A DNA stretch of 63,888 nucleotides, counting the filler, from Olpidium bornovanus S191 (Eukaryota; Fungi; Olpidiomycota): NCBI GenBank assembly GCA_017911155.1. It is 27 parts of 27 records of this genome, joined end to end, with 100 filler letters (N's around TTAATTAATTAA, not from the genome) between each part and the next. Parts side by side here need not be neighbours in the genome. Positions count along the whole stretch, not along the records: positions 47,633 to 49,431 come from JAEFCI010009529.1; positions 49,532 to 52,651 come from JAEFCI010003877.1; positions 52,752 to 54,411 come from JAEFCI010004238.1; positions 54,512 to 55,686 come from JAEFCI010009743.1; positions 55,787 to 57,435 come from JAEFCI010009306.1; positions 57,536 to 59,210 come from JAEFCI010011520.1; positions 59,311 to 60,971 come from JAEFCI010010770.1; 20 more parts are not named here. One strand, written 5' to 3'. The position numbers were made by a program, and so were the translations under genes. Of the stretch, positions 48,888 to 59,966 are shown piece after piece. The notes under the pieces were generated by a model. It was given only the letters and a program-made list of their open reading frames with translations, did no database searches and had not been told where the DNA came from. Position 1 is the first letter of the stretch. Each line of letters begins with the position of its first letter.

Positions 48888-49340
48888 CTGGAAGGAAAAC
48901 TTGATCATGACATCAATTTTTTGAGGTTTCCGAGGGCGGGCCGCGGGCCCATACGCATGAACGCCAAAGGTTTTTGATTATTATTTTACCTCGACCACTT
49001 TCTTCGGAAAAAAAAACACAACTCCGACGCCGACCAAGTTTCGGAGTTGATTCGGAACGGCGGCCGCGCATCAACAAAGCCCCCTCCCCACCCCGGCCCC
49101 ATTAATGGCGCCCGCCGCGGCTCAAAAAGCGGCGATCGCGCGGCAATTGCCGCCCGCGCGTGGCGACAGAGATATGCCGCTCGCAGAGTGATGGGAGGGG
49201 GAAGGTTCACCGGCCATCTCCCCCGGCTCTCTGCTCCCTTGGCAGACCCGTCGATGCCGCGGACCTCCCGAGGATGTTCAGCGCAGCGGGACTTCAAGAT
49301 CACGATGATCCGTGGCCCCTCGGTAATATGACGGAGGTCC

Positions 49341-49418
<78 letters not shown>

Positions 49419-49615
49419 GCCCCACCCCCCCNNNNNNNNNNNNNNNNNNNNNNNNNNNNNNNNNNNNNNNNNNNNTTAATTAATTAANNNNNNNNNNNNN
49501 NNNNNNNNNNNNNNNNNNNNNNNNNNNNNNNAAAACCGGTGCTGAACTTGCGGAACGGGGCCCCGTCCCGAAACACGGGGCCTCGACGAGAAATCCATGA
49601 GCCTTTTTTTTTTAC

Positions 49616-50000
49616 CGAGCTCTATCCAGTTCACGCGCTTGTCCCAACCCATCTGGACATTATCCTCTAACCGCTGAATATCCATCGCGCTGACCAGCGT
49701 CTTTGAGTAATGATGTATCACTTGCGCGACGAGAACTGAAAGGTAACAGACGCGTTTGGCGGATACCCTCCACATTTTTTTCGGGTTCGTGTCCGGCGCA
49801 AAGGGGGGGATTGAGGGCGAAGGGAAATGGATGAGCGGGTCACTATTCACAGAAATCCAATAAAAGAAAACGGAAGGGGGTCTCTCTCGCTTGCCTCCGT
49901 CGCTAAAATCCCCGTTCAGAAACGGGTCGCGCTGGCGCAGGGGTATACGGTGCAGCCAGGCGATCAGCGACTGTGCTTGCTCCGATAGTGCGGTGGGCAT
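49616..50000 (-). CDS. SPEF1/CLAMP-like CH_2-domain (flagellar microtubule-binding) protein, 3'-partial
   Basis: MPTALSEQAQSLIAWLHRIPLRQRDPFLNGDFSDG|VLVAQVIHHYSKTLVSAMDIQRLEDNVQMGWDKRVNWIEL resembles SPEF1 LYLWVDNIPLSRPKRNLSRDFSDGVLVAEVIKFY...KLSNWGHL. Confidence 0.72.
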
Positions 50001-50959
50001 AACGGCTCAAAACTGCGCCGCCGGCAACCCCCAGAAACACGGACAAAAAGCAGTCAGTACTGCACCTTCAACCCCACTTTTTTTTGACCGGCGGCGCGCG
50101 GCGGAGCTCAAGGGCCTAATCCCAGGGAAGACGACTCACTTTTTCGCTCCTTTTCCCTTGTTGCTTTTTGCGTGGTATTTGCAAGGGTTGGGGTATAAAG
50201 AACGAAAAATTTTTTCCCGTGGGTAAAATAGGCCTTCGGATTCTTTTTTGGGGCCCCGCCTTCTGCTGCGGTAGCCGGGAGAAGGAGGAGGAGGAGGGAG
50301 GGAGTGATGGAGGGATGGGCGGGAATGTTGGTGGGGGGGAAGGGGGGGGGATACGGAGAGACAGACGGCGGCCGGGCGTCCTGCGGCGCGGGAACGGAGG
50401 GAAAACGCGTCGCGTTCCGGGAGTCAGCGCCCAGATGCCCCCCCCCCCCCCCCCCCTCTTCCCGCGCGCGGCAAGAACAGCAAGAGCCTGCCACTCCCGA
50501 GGAAGCGCGCGTTTTCCGCACGTCGGGAAAGCGGGACCGACGGTGATTTTCGGCCGAAAAAAAAAAACACGTCCCTCGCGCCCCTCACCCCTCCCGGCCC
50601 CGGTGGCGAGATCGGTTCGCCCGCGCGCCCCCCGGCGGGCGGGTTCCCCCCCTTTTCGCCGCCTTTTTGCGAAACCCCTCCGGAACCCCAAAGAAAAAAA
50701 AACGCAGCAGCTGTGAAACCCCCCGCCTTGACATCCGCGCCCATCTTCGCGCGGAAAAAAAAACGCGTTTGCCTTTCGACGGTCCCTCCTCCCGGCGGGG
50801 GAGGGAGGAAAGATGGGGGGAAGGGGGCGGGGGGCGCGGCCTTGCCTTTTTGTTTACATGTGCCGCGCGCGTTTTCCCCGGCACACCGACGCCCCCCGCG
50901 CGCACGGGCCGGTTTCGCCTCCTCCTCCGGGGGAAGGGAAAGGGTGGGGGGGGGGGCCG

Positions 50960-51360
50960 CTTCCTCTCTCTCTCCCTCTCTCTGTCTGTTATTCTTTCTT
51001 TTTTTTATTTCGAGGTCGTCCTTTCCCCCCACCCCCCGCCCGGCGGCGGGCAGGCGGTCAGGCAGCGCGTCTCCGGTCTCCTTGCTCTCTGTCTCTCTCT
51101 CTCTCTCGGCTCTTTCTCTCTCTCTCTTTCCCCTCGCTCTCTATGTTCCGCTCTGGCTGCCTCTCTCTTTGTCTTCTCTCCCTCTGAGGAAGGCTGGGTG
51201 GGCGGCGGGCGGGCGAGACGGTCCGCCGGTCTTCGGGGTGGAACAGGCGGGGGCGGAGGGGGCCGGCGGGAAGGCGGAGAGGGGAGACGGGGGGAATTTG
51301 CCGCAGACGGGAGGGAGAGAGAGAGGAGAGACAGACGGAGAGCGCACAGAGAGGAGAGAT
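50960..51360. repeat. (CT)n and (GA)n microsatellite-rich intergenic tract
   Basis: CT runs at 50963-50985 and 51087-51185, GA runs at 51313-51358. Confidence 0.8.
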
Positions 51361-51396
51361 GAGGTCGCAACCAAAAAACACATACGTACATACATA

Positions 51397-52014
51397 CAGT
51401 CGTACTACCTCTGCTAAGTCACAGGACTGGTGGAGGGGCCCAACCTATAACTTGGCAGAGGTAGTAACTTCAGAGAGGCACTACTGCTGCTTTTCCCTTG
51501 CCTTCTAATATTACGAGCTCAGCCCCCAAAATGGCCTCCCCCGTATCTCTCCCGAAGCCCGAAAACGAAAACAGGGGAAACAAGAGGATACTACTAAATA
51601 ACTGCTGGGATGAAAGGATTGCAGAGTTGCGAAGAAAAAAAAGAAAATAGTGAGGAACGATTATCGCGCGCGATCATAGCATTAGTGTCATCCTCTCCAT
51701 GCTTGATATTTCTGATAAGAGCCACCGCACCGTCCGTAAATGCCTTCGCAATTTTCAGACATCCCTTTGCTTCCAACCTACCCATCAAGACTACCCTTGA
51801 TTCTTGGCTGTAGTAAGTTTAAAAAAGTTGTAGTTTGTTTAAAAGAAACCAGGGAATTTAATAAATCTTCTATCTCTACTAAGTTATTTCTCTGCCATAT
51901 TTCATAACTTATAACAAACTTAGTGACCATAGAACGAACTTTGTTCCGGGAAAATCCAATAACTTAACAGAGGGTTATAGCTTAGCAGGATATAACTTAG
52001 CAGAGGAACAACTA
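51397..52014. mobile_element. MITE / non-autonomous Tc1-mariner(pogo)-like element, copy A (~618 bp)
   Basis: Left end TA|CAGTCGTACTACCTCTGCTAAG. The right end reverse-complements to TAGTTGTTCCTCTGCTAAG. It has subterminal CTGCTAAGTTA repeats and is AT-rich; its right half matches 54095-54411 in inverse orientation. Confidence 0.75.
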
Positions 52015-52751
52015 TGTGTATATATTTAAAAAAGTAAACTCGGGCCGGGAAACGGGCGGGGATTCTGGCGTGTTCCGTTTGTTTTCCCCCCCGGGAGGCG
52101 CGCGGGGCGGGGTGTGGGGCGGGGCGGGAGGGACAGGGCTGGACGATTCTCTCCGTCGTCGCACACCCGTAAATGGATGAAGGAGGGGAGGGAGGGAGGT
52201 CGAGGAGAAGGCGTCCGGCCGGGTCTTTCCCGATCCCCCCCCCCCCCGCGCGCTCGGTCGGGGGTAACGAAGACGGCTGGTTTATCTTACACTCGAATAC
52301 CCGGTTTCCTTTGCAGCATTTGTCTGTCTTTGGGCCGCGCAATTGTTATATCCGCGGGCTATATCCTTCGGAAGAACGTAGATCTGTTCATCACAGGGAG
52401 CGGCGATGCTGTTGCACTTGTCCATGTCAAACAGCAAAAGATGTTTCTCGATGAAGCGGCTTTGGCAGAGCGAAATGCTCGAGGGGGCCGTTGATAATCT
52501 CGTGGCTCAGGAAGAGCATCGGTTGCAACCCCCTCCTTGTTCGCACCCCAACACCGGGACAACCCCTGCCCCGGCCCGGTAATGGTCGCGGGTGACCGCG
52601 AGTGGGTGGTCGAAAGAAACCTTGACGCCCGCCTACATCCTCGTCGTGAACNNNNNNNNNNNNNNNNNNNNNNNNNNNNNNNNNNNNNNNNNNNNTTAAT
52701 TAATTAANNNNNNNNNNNNNNNNNNNNNNNNNNNNNNNNNNNNNNNNNNNN

Positions 52752-53240
52752 CATGACAATACTCAAAAGGCGGAATCTTGCTCTCCTATTTTGCCTCCAG
52801 CACCTGGTACGCATTTGGGGCTGCAAACGCATTTCAAAATTTGAATAAACATCAACAAGCACAACTCCAATTCCACCACACACCATCTTCGTTGCGTAGA
52901 GCTCAAATTAACGTAAACGTTGACCTGTCTCTTCGGCAAAAGGGACTTCTCGACGTCAGGCTTGATGCGGCGCAGGAGGAAACGGCGGAGAACCTTGTGG
53001 AGCTGTGCAACCACTTTGCCTTCGTCGGCCCCCCGGGCTGGAAACCACGAATTGAAGGCCTCGAACGAAAAAAAGACATCCGGCAGAAGGTAGTTCATTA
53101 AGGCCCAGAGCTCGTGAAGATTGTTCTGGAGTAGCGTCTCAGTAAGTAGCAACCGGTTCTTCGAGTTAAACTCGCGCACAATGTGCGATAGCATCGAGTT
53201 TTAAATTTTGAACCGGTGAGCCTCGGGAATTAACTCGTGC
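52752..53240 (-). pseudogene. ISWI (ISW1/ISW2/SMARCA5) ATPase gene fragment, pseudogenised
   Basis: [50 protein letters not shown]...[21 protein letters not shown]. Changes: DEAH>PEAH, in-frame TAA, TGTPLQNN>TETLLQNN. The next exon GAGGK...RLLSIVM is frameshifted. Confidence 0.82.
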
Positions 53241-53249
53241 ACCATCCCC

Positions 53250-53401
53250 GCTCAGCCATCACGTGTCAGTTATGACCTTAAAGGCCCACTCTACCGACCA
53301 TGGAGAGGGGCATTTGAACCGCTGCGCTCAGCCATCACGTGTCGGTTATGACCCCAAGGCGCACTCTGCCGACCATGGCGAGGAACTTTTAAACCGGAGC
53401 C
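53250..53401. repeat. Two-copy ~76-bp tandem repeat with tRNA-like motifs
   Basis: Units start at 53250 and 53326 (GCTCAGCCATCACGTGTCRGTTATGACC...). Confidence 0.85.
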
Positions 53402-53653
53402 GACGCAGCGGAGAAAAACTCGCGCGCTGCCGGTGCAGCCGAGGGGAACCCGCAAGCTGCCGACGCTGTCGAGCAAAAGCCCGCGCGTGGAACTCTGCTG
53501 CCGGAGAAAACCCGCGCACAACCCGCGGCATCACCAACGAGAACGTCGCAGCTGCTGATGCGGGTTTTCTCCGGTTCCTGAATTTGGTCTGGCGGCGAGG
53601 GAGGTCTGTTTTGGTTTTCGCTTGGGGCTTCTCTCCGTCAGGGGGGGGGGGAA

Positions 53654-53690
<37 letters not shown>

Positions 53691-54094
53691 ACGCTTTTCG
53701 GCCGCCTTCAAACTCACGTCAGCGCAACGAGGTCGTCGTCTCCAAGAGCTTCGTTTATGGAAGACCAGCCGTTTTTGAGGACGGGGACGTGTTCCAGCTT
53801 CACGGAGTGCGACACGTCCACGGCGAGCGTGACGCGCGAGCCCTTCGGCGCGGCAGGTGCTGCCTTGGTTATCGTCATCACGTGCGGCGGGGGAGGGGTG
53901 GTCTGTGCTGGCACGGTACGAAAGTGTGCGGGCGGGCGAGCTGTGAGGAGACCTTTTCCGTGGCGTGGGGGGCGGAGTGGGAAGAGGGGGAGGAAGCAGA
54001 GGGGCGCGGGAGAGGGAAGGGGGAGGGAGGTGTGACAATAGAGCCGGGAGGAGAACCCGCGGGCGGAGCCGTATTGAGCCGGTGAGAAGGCGTA

Positions 54095-54411
54095 CAGTCG
54101 TACCTCTACCAAGTTATATCCTGCTAAGTTATTGGATTTTCCCGGAACAAAGTTCGTTTTACGGTCACTAAGTTATAAGTTATATACCTTATGAAATATG
54201 GCAGAAAAAGAACTTAGTAGAAGTAAGAAGATTGGTTACATTCCCTGGACTTTTGGTTAACTACAACTTAGTGGAAGGAAATTCTAGAGAAACTTACTAC
54301 AGCCATAAATCAAGGGTAGTCTGATGGGTAGGTTGGAAGCGGAGGGATGTCTAGAAATTGCGAAGAAATTTACGGACGGTGTGGTGGCTCTCATTAGTAA
54401 GATCAAGCATG
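54095..54411 (+). mobile_element. MITE copy B (cut by the contig end)
   Basis: TA|CAGTCGTACCTCTACCAAGTTATATCCTGCTAAGTTATTGGATTTTCCCGGAACAAAGTTCGTT... aligns with the reverse complement of ~51690-52014. Confidence 0.8.
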
Positions 54412-54511
54412 NNNNNNNNNNNNNNNNNNNNNNNNNNNNNNNNNNNNNNNNNNNNTTAATTAATTAANNNNNNNNNNNNNNNNNNNNNNNNNNNNNNNNN
54501 NNNNNNNNNNN

Positions 54512-54649
54512 CTCCGAGGTCTCCGAGGTCTCCGAGGTCTCCGAGGTCTCCGAGGTCTCCGAGGTCTCCGAGGTCTCCGAGGTCTCCGAGGCCTCGGAGG
54601 CCTCCGAGGCGAGGCCTCCGAGGCCTCCGAGGTCTCGGAGGCCTCCGAC
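54512..54649 (+). repeat. 9-bp minisatellite (CTCCGAGGT)x8 plus degenerate copies
   Basis: Perfect units span 54512-54583, then variant units continue to 54649; the array sits at the contig edge. Confidence 0.95.
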
Positions 54650-56951
54650 AGGTCCAGAAGTCCCCATTGCGACGTTTTGGGCCTCTGAGGCATTTTGACA
54701 GCTAGATCGGGTTTTTATCGGGATTTTGCAAGGTTCAAAACGAGTCGATTAACACCTCTCCGGATACCTCGAAAATCGCGACGGAGACCTCCAATCTCAA
54801 CAAAAACCTTGCCCGCGTTCGGATATTATCGATGTCGACGTTTCGTACCGAAGCCCCCAGTGGCAACGCCTAACGCGGGTGTTAGCTAGACAAATCCCGC
54901 ATTAGGTGTATAAGCTAAAGATTCCATTTACTATTAATTCTATCTGAATATAGGAATCAATTTAGTAGTGTTCAATTCTATTTTGGAGTAAGAATCCAAT
55001 AGTTATCGATAACGGTGTACAGCCTATTGAACCATACTTTTTGCACCACCGGAAGAGTAGTCTATAATTTACATTCACTATAAAATAATCGATAATATGG
55101 TTCGTACATTACACCTTTTAAAGGGTAACCAGGTATAACCTGGTAGATGCCAGGCTAATATTATAAATAGGTTCAGTATACGGCTCGAGTCCATTCAACT
55201 GACTCTCACCTATATATTAGTATACAATAATTAGTGGTTTAAAACCAGCAGTATAATATAATCTCCGAGACCTCGGGGGCCTCCGACGTCTCGGAGGGAG
55301 GGGTTCTGCCCGCGTGGCCCGCCGAAAGAGGGCGGTCCTGGGGGAGCGTCCGTGTGGGATCGTCCCCATTTTTTTTTTTTTTTTTTTTCTTCTTCCCGGC
55401 GCAAAACGCCGCTTGGCGGAAAATCGCCGCCCGGCGGAAAAAACGCCGCCAGGTGCAAAAGCGCTGCTCGCGTTGGGCTGCAGGCAATGGCGACTTCTTT
55501 TTCCCAATTCGAATTACCCTAGCTGTACCACTGCGTGGGAACGGGGGGGAGCCCCAAACGCGTACCATGTAATTCTGAGCACCCCCGCGTTTTTACCGAA
55601 CTTCGACACGCGATTTCGCGGGCCCCACCACACCAATTCCCACGATATTTGGCGGAAACCACCGCCTCACTCGCGCGCACCTCTCCNNNNNNNNNNNNNN
55701 NNNNNNNNNNNNNNNNNNNNNNNNNNNNNNTTAATTAATTAANNNNNNNNNNNNNNNNNNNNNNNNNNNNNNNNNNNNNNNNNNNNCATGAAAGTGCTGT
55801 GCAGATAACCCAGTGTTTGGCAACTGTTCTTCGGGAAGCAGAGGAGATTTCGCCGAATGATCCAGGCGGCTGCAAATGGGGGCCGAAGCCTAAACCGAGG
55901 TCCAGTCAGGGGTCCCCGGGCTAATTCCGTCAAGTCGAATGCTGTTGGCGTTCTAAAAAAATTGTGCGCAAAAGGCGATTGGACGTAAAAGGGCAGGCGG
56001 ACGACCGGCGCCGCGACGGGGTGACGATGTAAATGGCTATTGCACCTAGGGCGCGGGGTGTCCAGGACGACACAGCGTCAATGATATCCTGCGCTATAAG
56101 ACAGTTGGGCCCCATGGGCGTAGCTGGCGGCCGAGCTTCGGGGGAGTTGGCTGCGCCCGAAGGGCTCGTTGCGCCTCGGCAGAAAGGGGTGTTGACAACG
56201 TGCTGCAGAAATATTTTGTGCTTGCATTTATGAGGGGGAGAGAAAAAGGGAAACGGCGGCGGCATGCACAGGTATACTCCGTACGCAACAACCGCAGGGC
56301 ACACAAAGTGCTCAACTAAAATCAGACATGGATCGCCAAGAGAGCAGTAAACCAATTTCAACAATTGTTGATTTTAATTTGGAGAGGATGGCGCAACCCG
56401 AGACTGCGGCCAAAAAAGCCGCATTGGGGAGGTTTTCCGCCGGATGATTGGCCCGTTTTCATTGCTCAGCACGAGGACAGTGCGTGGGGTTCGGAACTGG
56501 CACGTGGTCTTCGACCTAAATTTAAATATTACCGGGCGGAAGGGGAGGGGGGTGATGCAGTGTGGACGGATCCAAAAAACATAGGGAAAGAAGGGGTTCC
56601 ACGCCGGTGCGCATTAGCACGTGGCCGCGTAGCGCCGAACCTCTTGGGGGGAAGGGGTGCGTGGCAGGTTCGCGCTTTCGGAAATTCGCTGGGGCAAGCC
56701 ATTGGTCCGGAGCAAAACAGCCTTTCCCGCGCCGGTGCAGCGTTAGCACGTGGTCGGCGGCACCGCGTAGCGCCGAACATTCGAAATGTGGAAACCGTTT
56801 TAAAATAAGGCCCGTTTAGGATAAGTCGCGGCGCCGAAAGTCGAAATTGTAATCCTAAGTCATAATTTTTTCAGGTGCAGGTTCACCTCCCCCCCCCCCC
56901 CCCGGGTCTTTTTCCTTTTCCTTTCGCACCTAGGCGTCACATCTTCGCACA

Positions 56952-57435
56952 ATGAGATTCGCCATTAGCTTCGCTTTCGCCCTTGCGGCCATCGCTGCTC
57001 CGGCCACCGCCCTTGTCCCGCAGGAACACTCCCATGAGGACCTTTTGAGGGATATGCGGGCTGTGCTTCCCGCCGGAACCCCGAGCATCCGCAATACCGG
57101 CGCCCTGCCCGATGTGGTGTTCGGGCTGTTGGGAAAGCAGGCGTCAGTGTTTACTCGTTGGGCTTTCGTTTAAGATTGCTGACTGTCGCGAGCAGCATCG
57201 CTAAACCTTTTTTCTCCATCTGTTTCTCTTCTTTTTTCTTTCTTTTTGTTTCTTTTGGCCGAACAGTGCCGATAACAATGCGCCTAATCGGGACGGTGAC
57301 TGCCTGCAGCAGGACATGGCGGACACTGCCATCTCCCTGGCGAACGGAGACAGCAAAAAAATCGCCACCGCGCTCTTGTACCGCGCGCTCGAACGCAACA
57401 GCAACGGCGTTGGCGTGAAGTCTGCGCTCTGCACC
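56952..57435 (+). CDS. Secreted protein of a conserved uncharacterised fungal family, 3'-partial
   Basis: Signal peptide MRFAISFAFALAAIAAPATA, then EHSHEDLLR...DVVFGLLGKQA|AADNN...DCLQQDMAD...ALLYRALERNSNGVGVKSALC. I recall the EHSH / VFGLLG / CLQQ / ALERN motifs from Dikarya secreted hypothetical proteins. Confidence 0.75.
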
Positions 57436-57535
57436 NNNNNNNNNNNNNNNNNNNNNNNNNNNNNNNNNNNNNNNNNNNNTTAATTAATTAANNNNNNNNN
57501 NNNNNNNNNNNNNNNNNNNNNNNNNNNNNNNNNNN

Positions 57536-57739
57536 CATGTACGACCAGGTCGGCACAATTTTCCGCCTCGCCCAGCAATACGCCTTCCAGGGATCGACCG
57601 CCCTGAGCAGGACTAGAATCCTGCGCGGGACCGACGTCAACGTCGGCCACGTCGACTACATTTCCGGCGAGTGGGAAGCCTACCAGATCAAAGCGACGAG
57701 GAAGCACTTCCCGCGCGGACTGCCGGGCGGGAGCCTCGC
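57536..57739 (+). CDS. Internal exon of an unidentified protein
   Basis: Open frame from the contig start (MYDQVGTIFRLAQQYAFQG...VGHVDYISGEWEAYQIKATRKHFP) ending at donor GC|GTAAGC. Codon usage is coding-like. Confidence 0.45.
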
Positions 57740-59966
57740 GTAAGCGCGGACAAGCGCGAAAGGAAAACGAACGAAAGCGACGCTGCAGCGCTGACAGCTC
57801 CGAGTCTGAGAGGGATCCATACTGCCCGGTTTCATGGTTACTTTTTTCCCTCTTGCCTTTCACATCTTTTCTCTTCGTAGCGAGTTCCCCGGCGAAAGTT
57901 TCTGTTCGCAGGGTTTCTTTTTTGTTTCTTTGCTTAGACGCCGACCGGAGGAATTCTTTTTTTTTTTGCTACACGCTAGGTTTGCATAATTCGGCCCCGA
58001 CCGCATCCCCACGCCTCGTCAGCCAATTTGTTCCGTCGGCGGGGGTTCGCGTATTCCGGTCATGCCGAGTTTTAAGAACGCAACCCGCCGCCATTTCCGC
58101 CCGCCTTGATTTTTTTGTTTGACGTGAAAGTGAGGACGGGTCAGCATCCGGAAAGGGGCCTTTTTTGTTTTTCTTTGTGGAATTTCGGTTTAAAGGACCG
58201 TTTCTGGGTGGAAGTGTGTGGGTGCCGCCGGGCTGAGAGCGCGTTTTCGTTGCGCGCTGGAAGGCTTCGCGCGCCCGCGTTTCTCGCGACCAGCAGGTTT
58301 CGTATTTGTCACGAGTTTCGTCACGGGGAAAGCGGCGGCCGGCCGGGGCCGTCCTTTGCCCTCGACAGCCGTCCACGCGCCTTCTGCCCCCCCCCTTCTG
58401 CACGCAAGTCCCGCGGACCCGTTCTGCTCCCGTTCTGGCCCGCGGCGCGCGTCGTGGGCAAGCGAACCAGAGGTTTGCAAGTCTAAACGCACGCCCCCTG
58501 CGTTTATTTCAGAAGGCCCGCCCTTGCGCGGGACGCCATCCGGACCAAAATATTTGCTCGCCTCGCATGGTTGGCGCGCTGCGACCGCGGACCGGCGCGG
58601 ACGGTCAACTCTGCGGGAACAGGAAAATAAGGCCTGGGTGTCCGGACGTCGGTCAACTCTACGGGAACTGGAAAAAGGAGCCTGGTTCGCAGAGAGCGCC
58701 CGCGGCTCAGCCTTCCCCATTTCCCCTTTTAGTTCTCTTACAAAGGGCGCACCCCCCCTCCCCCACCCCCACCACCCGCCATCCTCCCTGCCGCGAGCGC
58801 GAAGTAATAGCGGTATCGAAAATTGAAGAATTATATGCCGCAGCATCAAGCTTGAAGGTCCGTCAACGCTCAGCAGGGAGTATCCCATGTAGGATCTCAT
58901 GCGCCATCCCCATCAGCGTATTCCCTCACGCCCGCTTTCAATCCTCGAGGCTCGCAAACTGGTTTCTGTAAAAATGACAGCTCAGAAACCGGGCGTGCCG
59001 GCTGCCCGTCATTCTCTGCCGCTGACATTTCTGTTGTTTGTAGTCGAATCACCGGCTGGGTCGCGGGCTTTGTCGTGCTGGAGGCCGCGATTCTCTCCGC
59101 AGGAGATTCTGTCGCGGCCCATTTGCTCGGCGCTCTCGGTCTTCGTTGCAGCAGCCGTGGCCACCTCGCACCTTTCATCGATGCCGCACGGGGCCCATCC
59201 TGCATCATGGNNNNNNNNNNNNNNNNNNNNNNNNNNNNNNNNNNNNNNNNNNNNTTAATTAATTAANNNNNNNNNNNNNNNNNNNNNNNNNNNNNNNNNN
59301 NNNNNNNNNNCCACCAAAAAAAAAAAAAAAAAAAAAAAAAAAGTCGCCCTTGCTTGGCACCACGTCATCGCTCCCAACTGGCGCTCCGTGTATTCAGACG
59401 AGGATGCGAGGATGAGGTATGATGATTTAAACCTTGCCGCACGCCCACAGCTAAATTGGGGCAGGAAGTCTCCAAGCGAATGGCTGGCTGGAACAGCGGA
59501 CGAGGCAGATTGGAGGAAAAGGAGGGGCGGGGAGGGGGAGGGGGAAGGGAAGAGTGAAGAAGTGGCGGGGATGGGGTTGCGGAAGGAAGAAGAAAATGAA
59601 AATTAGAATGCTTCTGTGGAGATGAATGTAAATGTGGACCGGCCGAGCGGATTAATGAGGAGAAGGAATCATTGATCCTAACACTCAAATGGGAAACACC
59701 TGGTGCCGATTATGGTAAGGATTTGTGAGATAAACGGTTGTAAAATGTAAGCGACGAGATATAGCAGCATGTATCAAAAGAAAACGGCCAAAACGAAAAT
59801 ATGAAATAAGTCAAATAAAATAAAGTTCTGGGACGCGCGCACCGCCGCACAAAAAAAAAACAAAAGCAAAAGAGAGAAAGAAACAAAAAGAAAAAGAAGG
59901 GGTGTGGTCTATCTCAGCACGTGGGAGATGAGTTAAGACGTGCCGCGAAATGAATACAAAAATAAA

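Noticed and set aside
54890-55260. RIP (repeat-induced point mutation) signature
   Set aside because: TA-richness alone is insufficient; no aligned copies are available for this block, and RIP is mainly documented in Dikarya.
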